Below, in pieces: positions 10,141-20,399 of a stretch of 64,000 bases of DNA (its first letter is position 1; each line of letters opens with the position of its first letter). Source of the DNA: Deltaproteobacteria bacterium (GTDB lineage: Bacteria > Desulfobacterota > GWC2-55-46 > UBA9637); contig JAUYHF010000014.1 of the NCBI GenBank assembly GCA_030690165.1, forward strand, positions 34,257 through 98,256, read 5' to 3'. Under the pieces are notes generated by a model, which had not been told where the DNA came from, did not search any database, and was given only the letters and a program-made list of their open reading frames with translations. Position numbers and translations under genes: made by a program.

Positions 10141-10584
10141 GTGCTTAGAGGGAGATTCGAACACACCATTGACCCAAAGGGAAGAATTAGTATTCCGTCT
10201 AAATTCAGGGATGTCCTGCTGGATAAATATGATGAAAGACTTGTTCTTACTAACCATTATGACGGATGTCTTGTAGCATATCCATTTATCGAATGGCAGA
10301 TTGTAGAAGATAAGGCCAGTAAACTTCCTACGTTAAAAAAAGAGACTGCAGATTTTTTAAGGTTCTTTATCTCCGGCGCAACTGAGTGCTCTATAGATAA
10401 GCTCGGTAGAATACTTGTGCCGCCTGTACTGAGGGAGCATGCAAAACTGGAAAAGGATATTGTCCTTGTCGGAACGCTTATGAAGATTGAAATCTGGGCG
10501 AAGGCAAGATGGAAGTCAATAATAGCGAGGGCAGAGGAGAATATTGATGAAGCCAGAGAGGTTCTTTCAGGGCTGGGGCTTTAA
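10141..10584 (+). CDS. mraZ: Transcriptional regulator MraZ
   Basis: GTG start; the product begins MLRGRFEHTIDPKGRISIPSKFR and is a duplicated MraZ domain (...LGRILVPPVLRE...). First gene of the dcw cluster. Confidence 0.85.
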   Translation: MLRGRFEHTIDPKGRISIPSKFRDVLLDKYDERLVLTNHYDGCLVAYPFIEWQIVEDKASKLPTLKKETADFLRFFISGATECSIDKLGRILVPPVLREHAKLEKDIVLVGTLMKIEIWAKARWKSIIARAEENIDEAREVLSGLGL

Positions 10585-11520
10585 ATGGTATTCAGGCATT
10601 TGCCGGTTATGCCGGAGGAGGTTGTAAAATTTCTTGCGTGCAAACATGGAAGGATATATGTGGATGGGACGGTTGGAGGAGGCGGCCATACCAGTTCGAT
10701 ATTAAATGCCAGTATGCCCGCAGGCAAGGTTATAGGAATGGATTGGGATGAAGATGCAATTCAGGCAGCAATGGAAAGGTTTAAGGATTATTCAGAACGT
10801 TTGACTCTGGTCAGAGAAAATTTTGCTGATATAAAAAAGGTGATGGGAGATTTAAACATAAAAGAGGTTGATGGGATTTTATTAGACCTCGGTGTATCTT
10901 CATATCATATTGAAAGACCTGACAGAGGGTTTAGTTTCAGGTTTGATGCGCCGCTGGATATGAGGATGGATAAAAGGCAAAAAACGACTGCGTATAACAT
11001 TGTAAATGAACTTTCTATGAAAGAGTTGGAAAAGATTATCCGGGAGTATGGGGAAGAGAGATGGGCAAAGAGGATTGCTGGGGACATTGTTGAAAAAAGA
11101 CGGCACGGGCCTATATCCACCACAAAAGAACTTTCCAACCTCGTATCTTTCGCCATACCAAAGAAGTTTCATCCAAGAGATATCCATCCCGCCACACGGA
11201 CATTTCAGGCAATAAGGATTGCTGTAAATGACGAACTAAACAATTTAAAAAAAGCCGTTGATGACGGGGTAGGCCTTCTGGGACTAGGGGGAAGGATGGT
11301 TGTTATCTCTTTTCATTCACTTGAGGACAGGATTGTAAAAGAGTCTTTTAGAAAACTTGCGAAGGGCTGCGTATGCCCCAATGATTTTCCAAAGTGCGTT
11401 TGCGGTCAAAAACCCAAATTGCATATTATAACTAAAAGGCCTGTTGCTCCGTCGCTGGAAGAGATTCTAATCAACCCAAGGGCAAGGAGCGCCAAGCTCA
11501 GGGCGGCGGAGAGGGTATAG
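10585..11520 (+). CDS. rsmH: 16S rRNA (cytosine1402-N4)-methyltransferase RsmH (MraW)
   Basis: SAM-binding YVDGTVGGGGHT and DLGVSSYHIE motifs. Follows mraZ. Confidence 0.85.
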   Translation: MVFRHLPVMPEEVVKFLACKHGRIYVDGTVGGGGHTSSILNASMPAGKVIGMDWDEDAIQAAMERFKDYSERLTLVRENFADIKKVMGDLNIKEVDGILLDLGVSSYHIERPDRGFSFRFDAPLDMRMDKRQKTTAYNIVNELSMKELEKIIREYGEERWAKRIAGDIVEKRRHGPISTTKELSNLVSFAIPKKFHPRDIHPATRTFQAIRIAVNDELNNLKKAVDDGVGLLGLGGRMVVISFHSLEDRIVKESFRKLAKGCVCPNDFPKCVCGQKPKLHIITKRPVAPSLEEILINPRARSAKLRAAERV

Positions 11521-11856
11521 ATGTCTAACTTAGCGGCAAAAGGCATATTTTCTGCCAGGGTTATAGCAGGGCAAATGGTTAAACAAAAAGTTGCCGGCTC
11601 GCTGTTTGCAGCTTTTAAGGTAATTATAGTTATCCTCTTCTTTACACTCTTTTACCTCTGGAGCAGGCTTCTGGTTGTAAGCCTTGGTTATGAAATAGCA
11701 AAAGCAAATAAAGAAAGAGTTGAGTTTATGGCTGAGAACAAGAGGCTTAAGTTCGAATCCCTTTCATTAAAATCTCCCCAGAGAATAGAGGTCATTGCAT
11801 CAGATAAGCTTGGCCTTGTCTATGCAAAAGGGGAGCAGATAATAACGGTAAAATGA
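11521..11856 (+). CDS. ftsL: Cell division protein FtsL-like (single-TM septum-formation protein)
   Basis: 111 aa, one TM helix then a coiled-coil. Canonical position between rsmH and ftsI. Confidence 0.55.
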   Translation: MSNLAAKGIFSARVIAGQMVKQKVAGSLFAAFKVIIVILFFTLFYLWSRLLVVSLGYEIAKANKERVEFMAENKRLKFESLSLKSPQRIEVIASDKLGLVYAKGEQIITVK

Positions 11857-13799
11857 AAGAAGCTATCCCATGGTTAAGATTTCGTGTTATTACAATTTTT
11901 TTATTATTTGTTTTTATATTTATAGTAATTTTTATTAAGGCCTTTCAGCTTCAGGTTTTAGAGCGGAGTAAGCTTAAGGCCAGGGCGGATGATCAACATT
12001 TAAAGACAATGAATATCATTCCCATAAGGGGAACCCTCTATGACAGGGGGATGCGTGAACTTGCTGTCAGTATGGAGGTTGATTCAGTTTATGCGCAGCC
12101 CGGCAGGATTGATAATATTAAAAAAACGGCAAGTCTTCTCGCCGCCGCCCTTTCTATGGATAAAAGAGAGCTAGAAGCTAAATTTACATCCGGGAAATCA
12201 TTTGTATGGATCAAAAGACAACTGGATTTTATTAAGGCTGAAGAGGTAAAGGGATTGAATATACGAGGCGTAGGTTTTATTAAAGAGGGAAAGAGGTTTT
12301 ACCCCACCCCCCACATTGCCAGTCACCTTATTGGCTTTGTTGGATTAGATTCTAAAGGTCTTGAAGGCATTGAATTAGGTTATGATGAATATATGGCAGG
12401 AGCCTCCGCCCGCTTCATAGGAGAAAGGGACGCCCTTGGCAACGAGATTTTATTCCGCAATTCGGATAAAGAGGCATATAGGGGTAAAGATTTAATTCTT
12501 ACTATAGATAAGACTATTCAGTATATAGCTGAAAAGGAGCTTCTTAAAGTTGTTTCAAGCGCCAATGCAAAAGGCGGCATGGTTATAGTAATGGCCCCGA
12601 GGACAGGAGAGATACTTGCTATAGCCAACTCGCCGCAGTTTAATCCTGATATCTTTTTTGAATATAATAACCCCAATATCTGGCGCAACAGGGCTATTAC
12701 AGATACATTTGAACCAGGTTCAACATTCAAGGCCTTTCTGCTCGCTGCCCTTTTTGAAGAAGGGGCAGCCAGGTCTGACGACCTATTTTTTTGTGAGAAT
12801 GGCAATTATGTCGTAGCTGACAGGACATTTCATGATGTTAAAAAATTTGGCTGGCTCTCCCTTGCCCAGATAATCAAATACTCCAGCAATATCGGCGCTG
12901 CCAAGGCAGGAGACAGACTGGGAAAGGAAAGGATGCATAGATATATAAAGGATTTTGGGTTCGGGGACAGAACAGGCATAGGCCTCCCCGGGGAGGCGCT
13001 CGGCTCTGTGCCTCCTTTAAAACAGTGGTCAAAGGTGTCCCTTGGCAATATATCCTTTGGCCAGGGCATATCCGCAACAGGGATACAGCTTTTATCCGCA
13101 TTTTCTGCAATTGCAAATAAGGGCTATCTTATGAAGCCGTATGTTGTAAAGAAAATAGTAAATGGAAAGGGCGATGTTATTGAAGAAATCAGGCCGTCAG
13201 TGGTGAGAAGGGTTATATCTGAAGAAACTGCAAACAGGGTAACCGGTATTCTGAAAACGGTAACTGAAAAAGACGGCACCGGCGCAAAGGCAGCAGTAGC
13301 TGGTTTTGAGGTTGCCGGCAAGACAGGCACCGCGCAGAAACCTGATCTCTCTCAAGGGGGTTACACAGCGGATAAATATGTAAGTTCATTTATAGGATTT
13401 GTTCCTGCAGATAATCCGGAGCTTGCTATATTGGTTGCGGTTGATGAACCCGCTATCGGATTTTATGGAGGGCAGATTGCCGCCCCTGTTTTTAAGGAGA
13501 TTGCCTCTCAGAGCCTTTCTTATCTCGGAATATTTTCAAAGAGCCGCAGCGCCAATCCGGATAAGCAGCCAGATAGATTATTGTATGTCGTGCAAAATAC
13601 CGATTCTTCAGATGAAGAAGGAGAAGACCTTTTTCACATGCCTGATTTAAGAGACAAGACAATGCGGTCTGTCCTTAGATTAGCAAGGGAAATTCCTCTT
13701 GATATAAAGATTTCAGGGAGCGGAAAAGCTGTGTATCAGAAGCCGTTGCCAGGAGAAAGAATTACTCAGGGTGAATTGGCAGAGGTGAGGTTCAGATGA
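11853..13799 (+). CDS. ftsI: Penicillin-binding protein (FtsI/PBP2B-like transpeptidase) with C-terminal PASTA-like domain
   Basis: Active-site motifs STFK (FEPGSTFKAF), SSN (KYSSNIGA) and KTGT (AGKTGTAQ). Confidence 0.85.
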   Translation: MKEAIPWLRFRVITIFLLFVFIFIVIFIKAFQLQVLERSKLKARADDQHLKTMNIIPIRGTLYDRGMRELAVSMEVDSVYAQPGRIDNIKKTASLLAAALSMDKRELEAKFTSGKSFVWIKRQLDFIKAEEVKGLNIRGVGFIKEGKRFYPTPHIASHLIGFVGLDSKGLEGIELGYDEYMAGASARFIGERDALGNEILFRNSDKEAYRGKDLILTIDKTIQYIAEKELLKVVSSANAKGGMVIVMAPRTGEILAIANSPQFNPDIFFEYNNPNIWRNRAITDTFEPGSTFKAFLLAALFEEGAARSDDLFFCENGNYVVADRTFHDVKKFGWLSLAQIIKYSSNIGAAKAGDRLGKERMHRYIKDFGFGDRTGIGLPGEALGSVPPLKQWSKVSLGNISFGQGISATGIQLLSAFSAIANKGYLMKPYVVKKIVNGKGDVIEEIRPSVVRRVISEETANRVTGILKTVTEKDGTGAKAAVAGFEVAGKTGTAQKPDLSQGGYTADKYVSSFIGFVPADNPELAILVAVDEPAIGFYGGQIAAPVFKEIASQSLSYLGIFSKSRSANPDKQPDRLLYVVQNTDSSDEEGEDLFHMPDLRDKTMRSVLRLAREIPLDIKISGSGKAVYQKPLPGERITQGELAEVRFR

Positions 13800-15331
13800 A
13801 GATAAAAGAATTGATAAAAAATCTTCCAGGTAGTCATGTTATCGGCAATGCCGATATACCTGTCCGTGGCATTACCTATGATTCGAGGCAGGTGAACAGG
13901 GATTTTATTTTCGCTGCTGTCAAAGGGCAGCATCTTGACGGCCGTGCCTTTGTCAAGGATGCATTGGCGCGGGGGGCTTCTGCTGTTATCCTGGAAGAGG
14001 CTTTTGGGGACCTCAATGCAGTCCAGATAATAGTGCCTGATGCAAGGGAGGCGATGGCAAGTGTGGCCGCGGCATTTTATGGAGAGCCTTGCAGAAACAT
14101 GACCCTTATTGGCGTAACAGGGACAAATGGAAAGACAACCATAACATACCTTGTAGAGTCAATATTGAGGACTGCCGGTTTCAATGCCGGGGTTGTGGGC
14201 ACGATTAACTACCGCTATAAGGATAAAATTTTTAATGCGCCGCATACAACACCAGAGGCGCCTGACCTTCAAAGGATTTTCAGAGCAATGTTAGACAGCG
14301 GTGTGACTCATTGCGTTATGGAGGTTTCTTCTCACAGCCTTGCGCAAAAAAGGGTTTTTGGCTCAAGGATTGTTGGCGGGGTATTTACAAATCTTACTCA
14401 GGACCACCTTGATTACCACAAGACAATGGAGGAGTATTTTGAAAGCAAGTCCATGTTATTTACTGATTTTGTGGCCAGAGAAAGGGATGGTTTTGCAGTA
14501 ATAAACACAGACGACCCATGGGGAAAGAGATTGTTAAATTGCAAATTGCAAATTGCAAATTGCAAATTTATCAGATACAGCCTTAAACAGGATGCGGAGA
14601 TTTATCCTGTTAAAGTTTCGTTTTCCGAAAGAGGCATAGAGGCCATGCTTGATACACCTATTGGCTCTGTAAAGATTTCTTCGGCGCTTTTGGGCGAATA
14701 TAATCTGCAAAATATTATGGCAGCGGTCGGTGTTGGCATCGGCCTTGCGCTGGATAAAAAGACTATAGAAAAAGGTATTGCTGCTCTAAAAAGAGTTCCA
14801 GGCAGGCTTGAAAGAATTATTTCGGAAGACGGTTTCCAGGCCGTAGTTGATTATGCCCATACAGGAGATGCATTGGAGAGGGTGATTGTCGCATTAAAGC
14901 CGCTTGCGAAGAAGAGGCTTATCACTGTATTCGGCTGCGGCGGCGACAGGGACAGGGGCAAAAGGCCTGTGATGGGAGAAATTGCAGCAAGGCTGAGCGA
15001 TTTCACGGTAATCACATCAGATAATCCGAGAAGCGAAGATCCGATGGAGATTATAAAAGAGATTGAGGCGGGAATAAAAGGTTGTCCAAAGATACTGGAT
15101 TTTAAATCCGAAATTACTCATGGTTATAGAACCATACCTGACAGGCATGAGGCAATAATGGCCGCTGTAAATCTTGCGGCTGCGGGCGATATTATCCTTG
15201 TTGCCGGCAAGGGGCATGAGGATTACCAGATAATCGGCGACAGGAATATTCCCTTTGAGGATACAAAGGAGATAAAGGCTGCAATGGAGGTTAAATACAG
15301 AAGTCAGAAGTCGGTAGTCAGTAGTCAGTAG
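13796..15331 (+). CDS. murE: UDP-N-acetylmuramoyl-L-alanyl-D-glutamate--2,6-diaminopimelate ligase MurE
   Basis: P-loop GVTGTNGKTT and Mur ligase middle/C-terminal domains (DYAHTGDALE). Carries an in-frame TTGCAAA-repeat insert and a repeat-derived C-terminal tail. Confidence 0.85.
   Translation: MKIKELIKNLPGSHVIGNADIPVRGITYDSRQVNRDFIFAAVKGQHLDGRAFVKDALARGASAVILEEAFGDLNAVQIIVPDAREAMASVAAAFYGEPCRNMTLIGVTGTNGKTTITYLVESILRTAGFNAGVVGTINYRYKDKIFNAPHTTPEAPDLQRIFRAMLDSGVTHCVMEVSSHSLAQKRVFGSRIVGGVFTNLTQDHLDYHKTMEEYFESKSMLFTDFVARERDGFAVINTDDPWGKRLLNCKLQIANCKFIRYSLKQDAEIYPVKVSFSERGIEAMLDTPIGSVKISSALLGEYNLQNIMAAVGVGIGLALDKKTIEKGIAALKRVPGRLERIISEDGFQAVVDYAHTGDALERVIVALKPLAKKRLITVFGCGGDRDRGKRPVMGEIAARLSDFTVITSDNPRSEDPMEIIKEIEAGIKGCPKILDFKSEITHGYRTIPDRHEAIMAAVNLAAAGDIILVAGKGHEDYQIIGDRNIPFEDTKEIKAAMEVKYRSQKSVVSSQ
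14535..14569. repeat. Tandem TTGCAAA heptamer array inserted in-frame in murE (encodes LNCKLQIANCKF)
   Basis: aaattgcaaattgcaaattgcaaattgcaaattta, five units, a multiple of 3 nt. Confidence 0.7.
15298..15331. repeat. Heptamer tract (AGTCAG-type) forming the murE C-terminal tail and stop
   Basis: cagaagtcagaagtcggtagtcagtagtcagtag encodes ...RSQKSVVSSQ*. Confidence 0.55.
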
Positions 15332-15363
15332 TTTTTATTCTGTATTCTGGATTCTTTTTTTAT

Positions 15364-16758
15364 ATGGTTAGGCTCAAGATAAAAGAAGTTTTAAAGACTG
15401 TGCACGGTTGTCTTGCAAGCGGGGGCAGTGAGGGTTTAATCAACGGCGTTTCAACAGACTCCCGCACTGTAAATAAAGGAGAGCTTTTCTTTGCCTTAAA
15501 AGGGCCGCGGTTTGACGGCAATAAATTTGTTGGCGATGTGTTTAAGAAAGGGGCGGCAGGGGCTGTGGTATCGTCAGAAGCCAGAAGTTATGGTTTGCAA
15601 TTTGGGATAGTTGAGGTTATTGATACGCTTAAAGCCCTCGGTGATCTTGCGCTATACTGGAGAGAGAGGCATCTCGTCCCGCTTATAGCGATAAGCGGCA
15701 GTTGCGGCAAGACAACAACAAAGGATATGATAGCGTCTATACTTAAAAACTCGCGTCCTATTATAAAGACCGAAGGAAATCTCAATAATCTTATTGGTCT
15801 TCCTCTTACGATATTCAACCTTAACAACATCCACAAGGCCGCTGTGGTTGAGCTTGGAATAAGCGAAAAAGGCGAGATGAAAAGGCTCGCTCAAATTTGC
15901 AAACCAGATGTGGCTGTTCTTACAAATATCGGCGAGGCGCATACAGCTACACTTAACAACGTAGAGGGTGTTGCATCCGCAAAGGGTGAACTCTTTGAAA
16001 GCATGGATGACAATGGGACCGCTATAATAAATATTGATGACCCATGGCTTAAAAAGATAGCAGAGAATATCAACGTAAAAAAGATTACCTTCAGCTTAAA
16101 GTCAAAGGCGGATGTGATGTTAAAAGAGGCGAGTGTCAAGAGGCAAGAGGCAAAAAGTTCATCAGGAATATCCGCCTCATTCTTAGTTATGGGAGAAGAA
16201 ATTCCTGTGAAGTTAAAATATACAGGTACGCATAATCTCTATAATGCCGCAGCAGCCATTGCAGCTACATTTCCCCTTGGTGTAACAAAAGAAGAGATAA
16301 TGGAAGGACTCTATGCCGCGGAAACTATGCACGGCAGGATGGAAATAGTTACCTTGAGAAATGGAATAACAATCATTGACGATACATACAACGCCAACCC
16401 GCTCTCTATGGAAGCGGCTCTAAAGACGCTTGCAGATATGGAGGGCAGAAAGATTGCAGTCCTTGGCGATATGTTTGAGCTGGGAGAGATGTCAGACGAT
16501 GCCCATAAAAAGGTAGGGATGTTTGCGCAGGATACCGGCATAGATATGCTTTTTACTATCGGTGTTTATAGCGATGCTCTGGTAAGCGGAGCAATGGAAA
16601 AAGGTATGTTGCCGGATAAAATATACAAGGCACATGATAAGGCAGAGCTGATTAAGGCGCTTAACAATGTAGTGAAGGAAGGCGATGTTATTCTGATAAA
16701 GGGTTCAAGGGCGGCTGCAATGGAGGAGATAGTAGAAGGGCTAAAAATTGCAAATTGA
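15364..16758 (+). CDS. murF: UDP-N-acetylmuramoyl-tripeptide--D-alanyl-D-alanine ligase MurF
   Basis: P-loop ISGSCGKTTTKDM and Mur ligase domains. The C-terminus ...GLKIAN* runs into the TTGCAAA-based element. Confidence 0.85.
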   Translation: MVRLKIKEVLKTVHGCLASGGSEGLINGVSTDSRTVNKGELFFALKGPRFDGNKFVGDVFKKGAAGAVVSSEARSYGLQFGIVEVIDTLKALGDLALYWRERHLVPLIAISGSCGKTTTKDMIASILKNSRPIIKTEGNLNNLIGLPLTIFNLNNIHKAAVVELGISEKGEMKRLAQICKPDVAVLTNIGEAHTATLNNVEGVASAKGELFESMDDNGTAIINIDDPWLKKIAENINVKKITFSLKSKADVMLKEASVKRQEAKSSSGISASFLVMGEEIPVKLKYTGTHNLYNAAAAIAATFPLGVTKEEIMEGLYAAETMHGRMEIVTLRNGITIIDDTYNANPLSMEAALKTLADMEGRKIAVLGDMFELGEMSDDAHKKVGMFAQDTGIDMLFTIGVYSDALVSGAMEKGMLPDKIYKAHDKAELIKALNNVVKEGDVILIKGSRAAAMEEIVEGLKIAN

Positions 16759-16841
16759 AGATTGCAAATTGAAAAATGCAAAATGAAATAAGTTTTAAAT
16801 TTACAATTTGCACTTTTCATTTTGCAATGGAGCGAAGCGAC
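16743..16841. repeat. Copy 1 of a ~95-bp palindromic TTGCAAA-based element, docked at the mraY start codon
   Basis: aaaattgcaaattgaagattgcaaattgaaaaatgcaaaatgaaat...atttacaatttgcacttttcattttgcaatggagcgaagcgac. Long imperfect hairpin; the 3' end GCAATGGAGCGAAGCGAC lies 2 nt before the mraY ATG. Confidence 0.75.
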
Positions 16842-16843
16842 TA

Positions 16844-17917
16844 ATGTTATACCATTTATTATATCCTTTAGTTAAATACCACACCCTGTTTAATGTATTT
16901 CAATACATTACATTCAGGACAATCTATGCGGTTGTGACTGCCCTGGTCTTAAGTTTTCTGAGCGGACCTTATATTATAAGAAAGCTCTCTCTTATGCAGA
17001 TAGGCCAGGTGATAAGAAATGATGGTCCGGCAAGACATTTGAGTAAAGAGGGAACGCCGACAATGGGCGGTATAATCATCCTTTTTTGTATAATTGTTCC
17101 GACCTTGCTGTGGGCAAATCTTAAAAATCCGTATGTGTGGCTGCTGATAACGGTTACGTCCGGATTTGGCATAGTAGGTTTTATAGATGACTATAAAAAA
17201 TGGGCGCAAAAGGACAGCCGGGGGCTGCGGCCCAGTCATAAGCTTCTCGGACAGTGCATCATCGCCCTCGGCGCAGCCTTATTTCTGTATTTCACAGGGT
17301 TTAACACTTCCATTACTGTTCCATTTTTTAAGAATGTAGTAATAGCGATGGGGTGGGTCTATATCCCATTTGTTATCCTTGTTATAGTCGGGGCGTCAAA
17401 TGCAGTAAATCTCACAGATGGATTAGATGGCCTTGCTATAGGGCCGATAACAATAGCAGCAGCAACCTATATGCTTTTTACCTATCTTACAGGCCATACC
17501 AAGATAGCAAATTACCTCCAGATAATGTATGTGCCAAATAGCGGGGAGCTGACCATATTTGCAGGGGCTATGGTCGGAGCAAGCCTTGGTTTTCTGTGGT
17601 TTAACAGTTATCCTGCCCAGGTATTTATGGGAGATGTGGGGTCGCTTGCGCTGGGAGGGACATTGGGGACATTAGCAATTATTACAAAGCAGGAAATACT
17701 ACTGGTTCTAGTTGGGGGTGTGTTTGTAGTTGAGGCGCTTTCAGTGATCTTTCAGGTGGGGTCGTTCAAACTCAGGGGTAAAAGGATATTCAGGATGGCC
17801 CCGATACATCATCATTTTGAATTAAACGGCTGGTCTGAGCCGAAGATCATAGTGAGGTTTTGGATAATATCCATAATACTATCGCTCATAGCAATAAGCA
17901 CATTGAAACTCCGATGA
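16844..17917 (+). CDS. mraY: Phospho-N-acetylmuramoyl-pentapeptide transferase MraY
   Basis: Polytopic protein with the MraY motifs PTMGG and [13 protein letters not shown]. Start placed at ATG 16844, after the repeat element; the upstream ORF-track start at 16808 lies inside the repeat. Confidence 0.85.
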   Translation: MLYHLLYPLVKYHTLFNVFQYITFRTIYAVVTALVLSFLSGPYIIRKLSLMQIGQVIRNDGPARHLSKEGTPTMGGIIILFCIIVPTLLWANLKNPYVWLLITVTSGFGIVGFIDDYKKWAQKDSRGLRPSHKLLGQCIIALGAALFLYFTGFNTSITVPFFKNVVIAMGWVYIPFVILVIVGASNAVNLTDGLDGLAIGPITIAAATYMLFTYLTGHTKIANYLQIMYVPNSGELTIFAGAMVGASLGFLWFNSYPAQVFMGDVGSLALGGTLGTLAIITKQEILLVLVGGVFVVEALSVIFQVGSFKLRGKRIFRMAPIHHHFELNGWSEPKIIVRFWIISIILSLIAISTLKLR

Positions 17918-19299
17918 TAATGCAAACAACAATCAGCAAAGAGAGACCACCACTTGATTTAAGAGACAGGAATGTCCTTGTAGTGGGTCTTGCGCGGACA
18001 GGGGTTTCTACCGCCAGATTTTTGAAGGAGAAAGGCGCTATTGTTGCGGCTACGGATATTTTACCGGCATCTCAGATTAAAGACATTGATGACCTGTGCA
18101 GTAACGGCATAGAAGTAGAAACAGGGGGACACAGTATTAAACGTTTTTTAAATGCTCATCTCATTATTTTAAGCCCCGGTGTTTTCCCTGATATAGAGCC
18201 TCTTAAAGAGGCAAGAAAAAAGGGTGTGGAAATCATAAGCGAAGTGGAGCTTGCATTCAATTTTATAAAAGAGCCTATAGTGGCTATAGCTGGAACCAAT
18301 GGAAAAACAACCACAACAACACTGATTGGCAAGATACTGGAATCAGGCGGCAATAAGGTTTTTGTCGGCGGGAATATAGGGCTTCCGTTGATTGAGTATG
18401 TTGCATCAAATCAATCTGCAGATTATATTGTTGTTGAGGTGAGCAGCTTTCAGCTTGAAGGTACCAGGAAATTCAGACCCCATATAGCCGTTCTCTTAAA
18501 TATTACTGAAGACCATCTGGATAGATATGCGAGCTTTGACGAGTATGCTGCCGCAAAGTTCAGGCTCTTTGAGAATATGGAGGAAGGAGATGTTGCTATT
18601 GTAAATTTTGATGATACCACTATCAACTCAAAACTCAAAACTCAAAACTCAAAACCTAAAGTAATACCTTTTAGCAGCAGTAAAATTTTGAAGGAGGGGG
18701 TTTGTTACAATAATAACAGCATTAACTATTCTGTTGGAGGAGTAAAAGAATCCTATCCCACAGCAAATTTCAAACTTAAGGGTATCCACAATATAGAAAA
18801 CATAATGGCTTCCATTGCCGCTGCAAAGGCCTGCGGTGTTTCGAGGGATGCAATATTAAAGACCATTGAAGAATTTAAAGGGCTTCCCCATAGGATGGAG
18901 CTTATAAGGGAGATAAATGGAACGAGCTATTATAATGATTCCAAAGGCACAAATATAGGCGCGCTTCAAAAATCACTTGAAGGGCTTAATGCGCCTGTTA
19001 TCCTTATTGCCGGCGGCAAGGACAAGGGCGGCGATTACAGGGTTTTAAATGATTTGATAAAAAATAAGGTGCGGCATCTGATACTTCTGGGCGAGGCAAA
19101 AAACAAGATAAGGGATGCCTTTAAAGGATTAACAGATATTGCAACAGTTGAGTCCTTGAAAGAAGCTGTGGATATTGCCAGCAATAAGGCTGAAAAAGGA
19201 GATGTGGTGTTATTGTCACCTGCATGCTCCAGCTTTGATATGTTCAAAGATTATAAGGAACGGGGCGATGTATTCAGAAGATTGGTGGAGATGTTATGA
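17914..19299 (+). CDS. murD: UDP-N-acetylmuramoylalanine--D-glutamate ligase MurD
   Basis: P-loop GTNGKTTTT and Mur ligase domains. ATGA overlap with the mraY stop. In-frame heptamer insert ([10 protein letters not shown]). Confidence 0.85.
   Translation: MIMQTTISKERPPLDLRDRNVLVVGLARTGVSTARFLKEKGAIVAATDILPASQIKDIDDLCSNGIEVETGGHSIKRFLNAHLIILSPGVFPDIEPLKEARKKGVEIISEVELAFNFIKEPIVAIAGTNGKTTTTTLIGKILESGGNKVFVGGNIGLPLIEYVASNQSADYIVVEVSSFQLEGTRKFRPHIAVLLNITEDHLDRYASFDEYAAAKFRLFENMEEGDVAIVNFDDTTINSKLKTQNSKPKVIPFSSSKILKEGVCYNNNSINYSVGGVKESYPTANFKLKGIHNIENIMASIAAAKACGVSRDAILKTIEEFKGLPHRMELIREINGTSYYNDSKGTNIGALQKSLEGLNAPVILIAGGKDKGGDYRVLNDLIKNKVRHLILLGEAKNKIRDAFKGLTDIATVESLKEAVDIASNKAEKGDVVLLSPACSSFDMFKDYKERGDVFRRLVEML
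18624..18660. repeat. In-frame AAAACTC heptamer tract in murD
   Basis: caactcaaaactcaaaactcaaaactcaaaacctaaa. Confidence 0.6.
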
Positions 19300-20399
19300 T
19301 TAAAGTTAGAGAAATAGATAAATCCCTTATCCTTGCTATGATGGCCCTTGTGGCAATAGGCTTTACTATGGTCTATTCCACCACCTACATAATGGCTATG
19401 AAACGGTATGGCAGTGAATATTTCTTTGTAAAAAAACATCTCATATTCAGCGTCTTAGGTTCTCTGTTGTTTTTTGTTGCCGCGAATATAGAGTATCATT
19501 TGTATAGAAGGCGGGCATACTTAATATTTTTTGCAAGCCTTATCTCGCTCATTCTTCTCACATTCATCCCAAGCCTTGGAAATGAGATGGGAGGCGCAAA
19601 AAGATGGATAAGGCTCGGCCCTTTGACTTTTCAGCCCTCTGAGCCTGCCAAACTGGCCCTTATTATATACCTGTCATATTATCTTGCGGCAAAAAAGGAT
19701 AAGATAAAAACCTTTTCCCTTGGCATTGTCCCGCCGATGATAATGAGCGGGCTTATTATACTTTTCATCTTAAAAGAGCCGGATTTCGGAACAGCTTTAT
19801 CTCTTGGCGTAATTACAATTATCATGATGTTCATTGCAGGTGTAAGATTAAGATACCTTTTTTCCATACTTCTTCTTTCAATGCCATTTATTTATCTTAT
19901 GGTTACGAAAGTCGACTATAGAATGAAACGGGTGCTTGTGTTTTTAGATCCATGGAGGGATTCAGGAGGCGCAGGGTTCCAGCTTGTGCAGTCGTTTATT
20001 GCCTTTGGCGCAGGCGGCATCTGGGGTGTCGGCCTTGGCGAGGGGAAGCAGAAACTGTTTTATCTGCCGGAGGCCCATACCGACTTTATCCTTTCTGTGG
20101 TAGGAGAAGAGCTTGGGCTTATAGGGGTTTCTGCGCTCATCATGCTTTATCTGATTGTACTTATCTCAGGCATAAGGATTAGCTTAAAGGCAAAAGACCT
20201 TTTTGGCAAATACCTTGCCGTAGGCATTACCCTCTTAATTGTGCTTCATGCAGCAGTAAATATGGCTGTGGTACTGGCCCTTTTGCCTACAAAAGGACTT
20301 ACCCTTCCGTTTATAAGCTATGGCGGAACATCCCTTGTGGTAAATATGATAGGGATGGGGATACTGTTGAATATATATAAAACAGGAGTCAGGGAGTGA
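19296..20399 (+). CDS. ftsW: Peptidoglycan glycosyltransferase FtsW (SEDS family)
   Basis: 367-aa 10-TM SEDS protein (...FIAFGAGGIWGVGLGEGKQK...PTKGLTLPFISYGG). Confidence 0.85.
   Translation: MIKVREIDKSLILAMMALVAIGFTMVYSTTYIMAMKRYGSEYFFVKKHLIFSVLGSLLFFVAANIEYHLYRRRAYLIFFASLISLILLTFIPSLGNEMGGAKRWIRLGPLTFQPSEPAKLALIIYLSYYLAAKKDKIKTFSLGIVPPMIMSGLIILFILKEPDFGTALSLGVITIIMMFIAGVRLRYLFSILLLSMPFIYLMVTKVDYRMKRVLVFLDPWRDSGGAGFQLVQSFIAFGAGGIWGVGLGEGKQKLFYLPEAHTDFILSVVGEELGLIGVSALIMLYLIVLISGIRISLKAKDLFGKYLAVGITLLIVLHAAVNMAVVLALLPTKGLTLPFISYGGTSLVVNMIGMGILLNIYKTGVRE

Noticed and set aside
16808-16843. ORF-track starts for mraY, murC, fumB and flxA placed inside the palindromic element ([12 protein letters not shown]..., MERSDM..., ...FAMEQGDM..., ...FAMERSDM...)
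   Set aside because: These N-terminal segments are translations of the repeat element, identical at DNA level in four unrelated genes. The conserved protein N-termini begin at the ATG immediately after the element. Initiation at the element's internal ATG (MERSD-) cannot be excluded and is noted in the findings.
19952-20182. Arginine-rich 76-aa plus-strand ORF inside ftsW (MEGFRRRRVPACAV...)
   Set aside because: It is an alternative frame of a well-supported SEDS-family ftsW gene, with GC-rich frame composition bias. No independent support.
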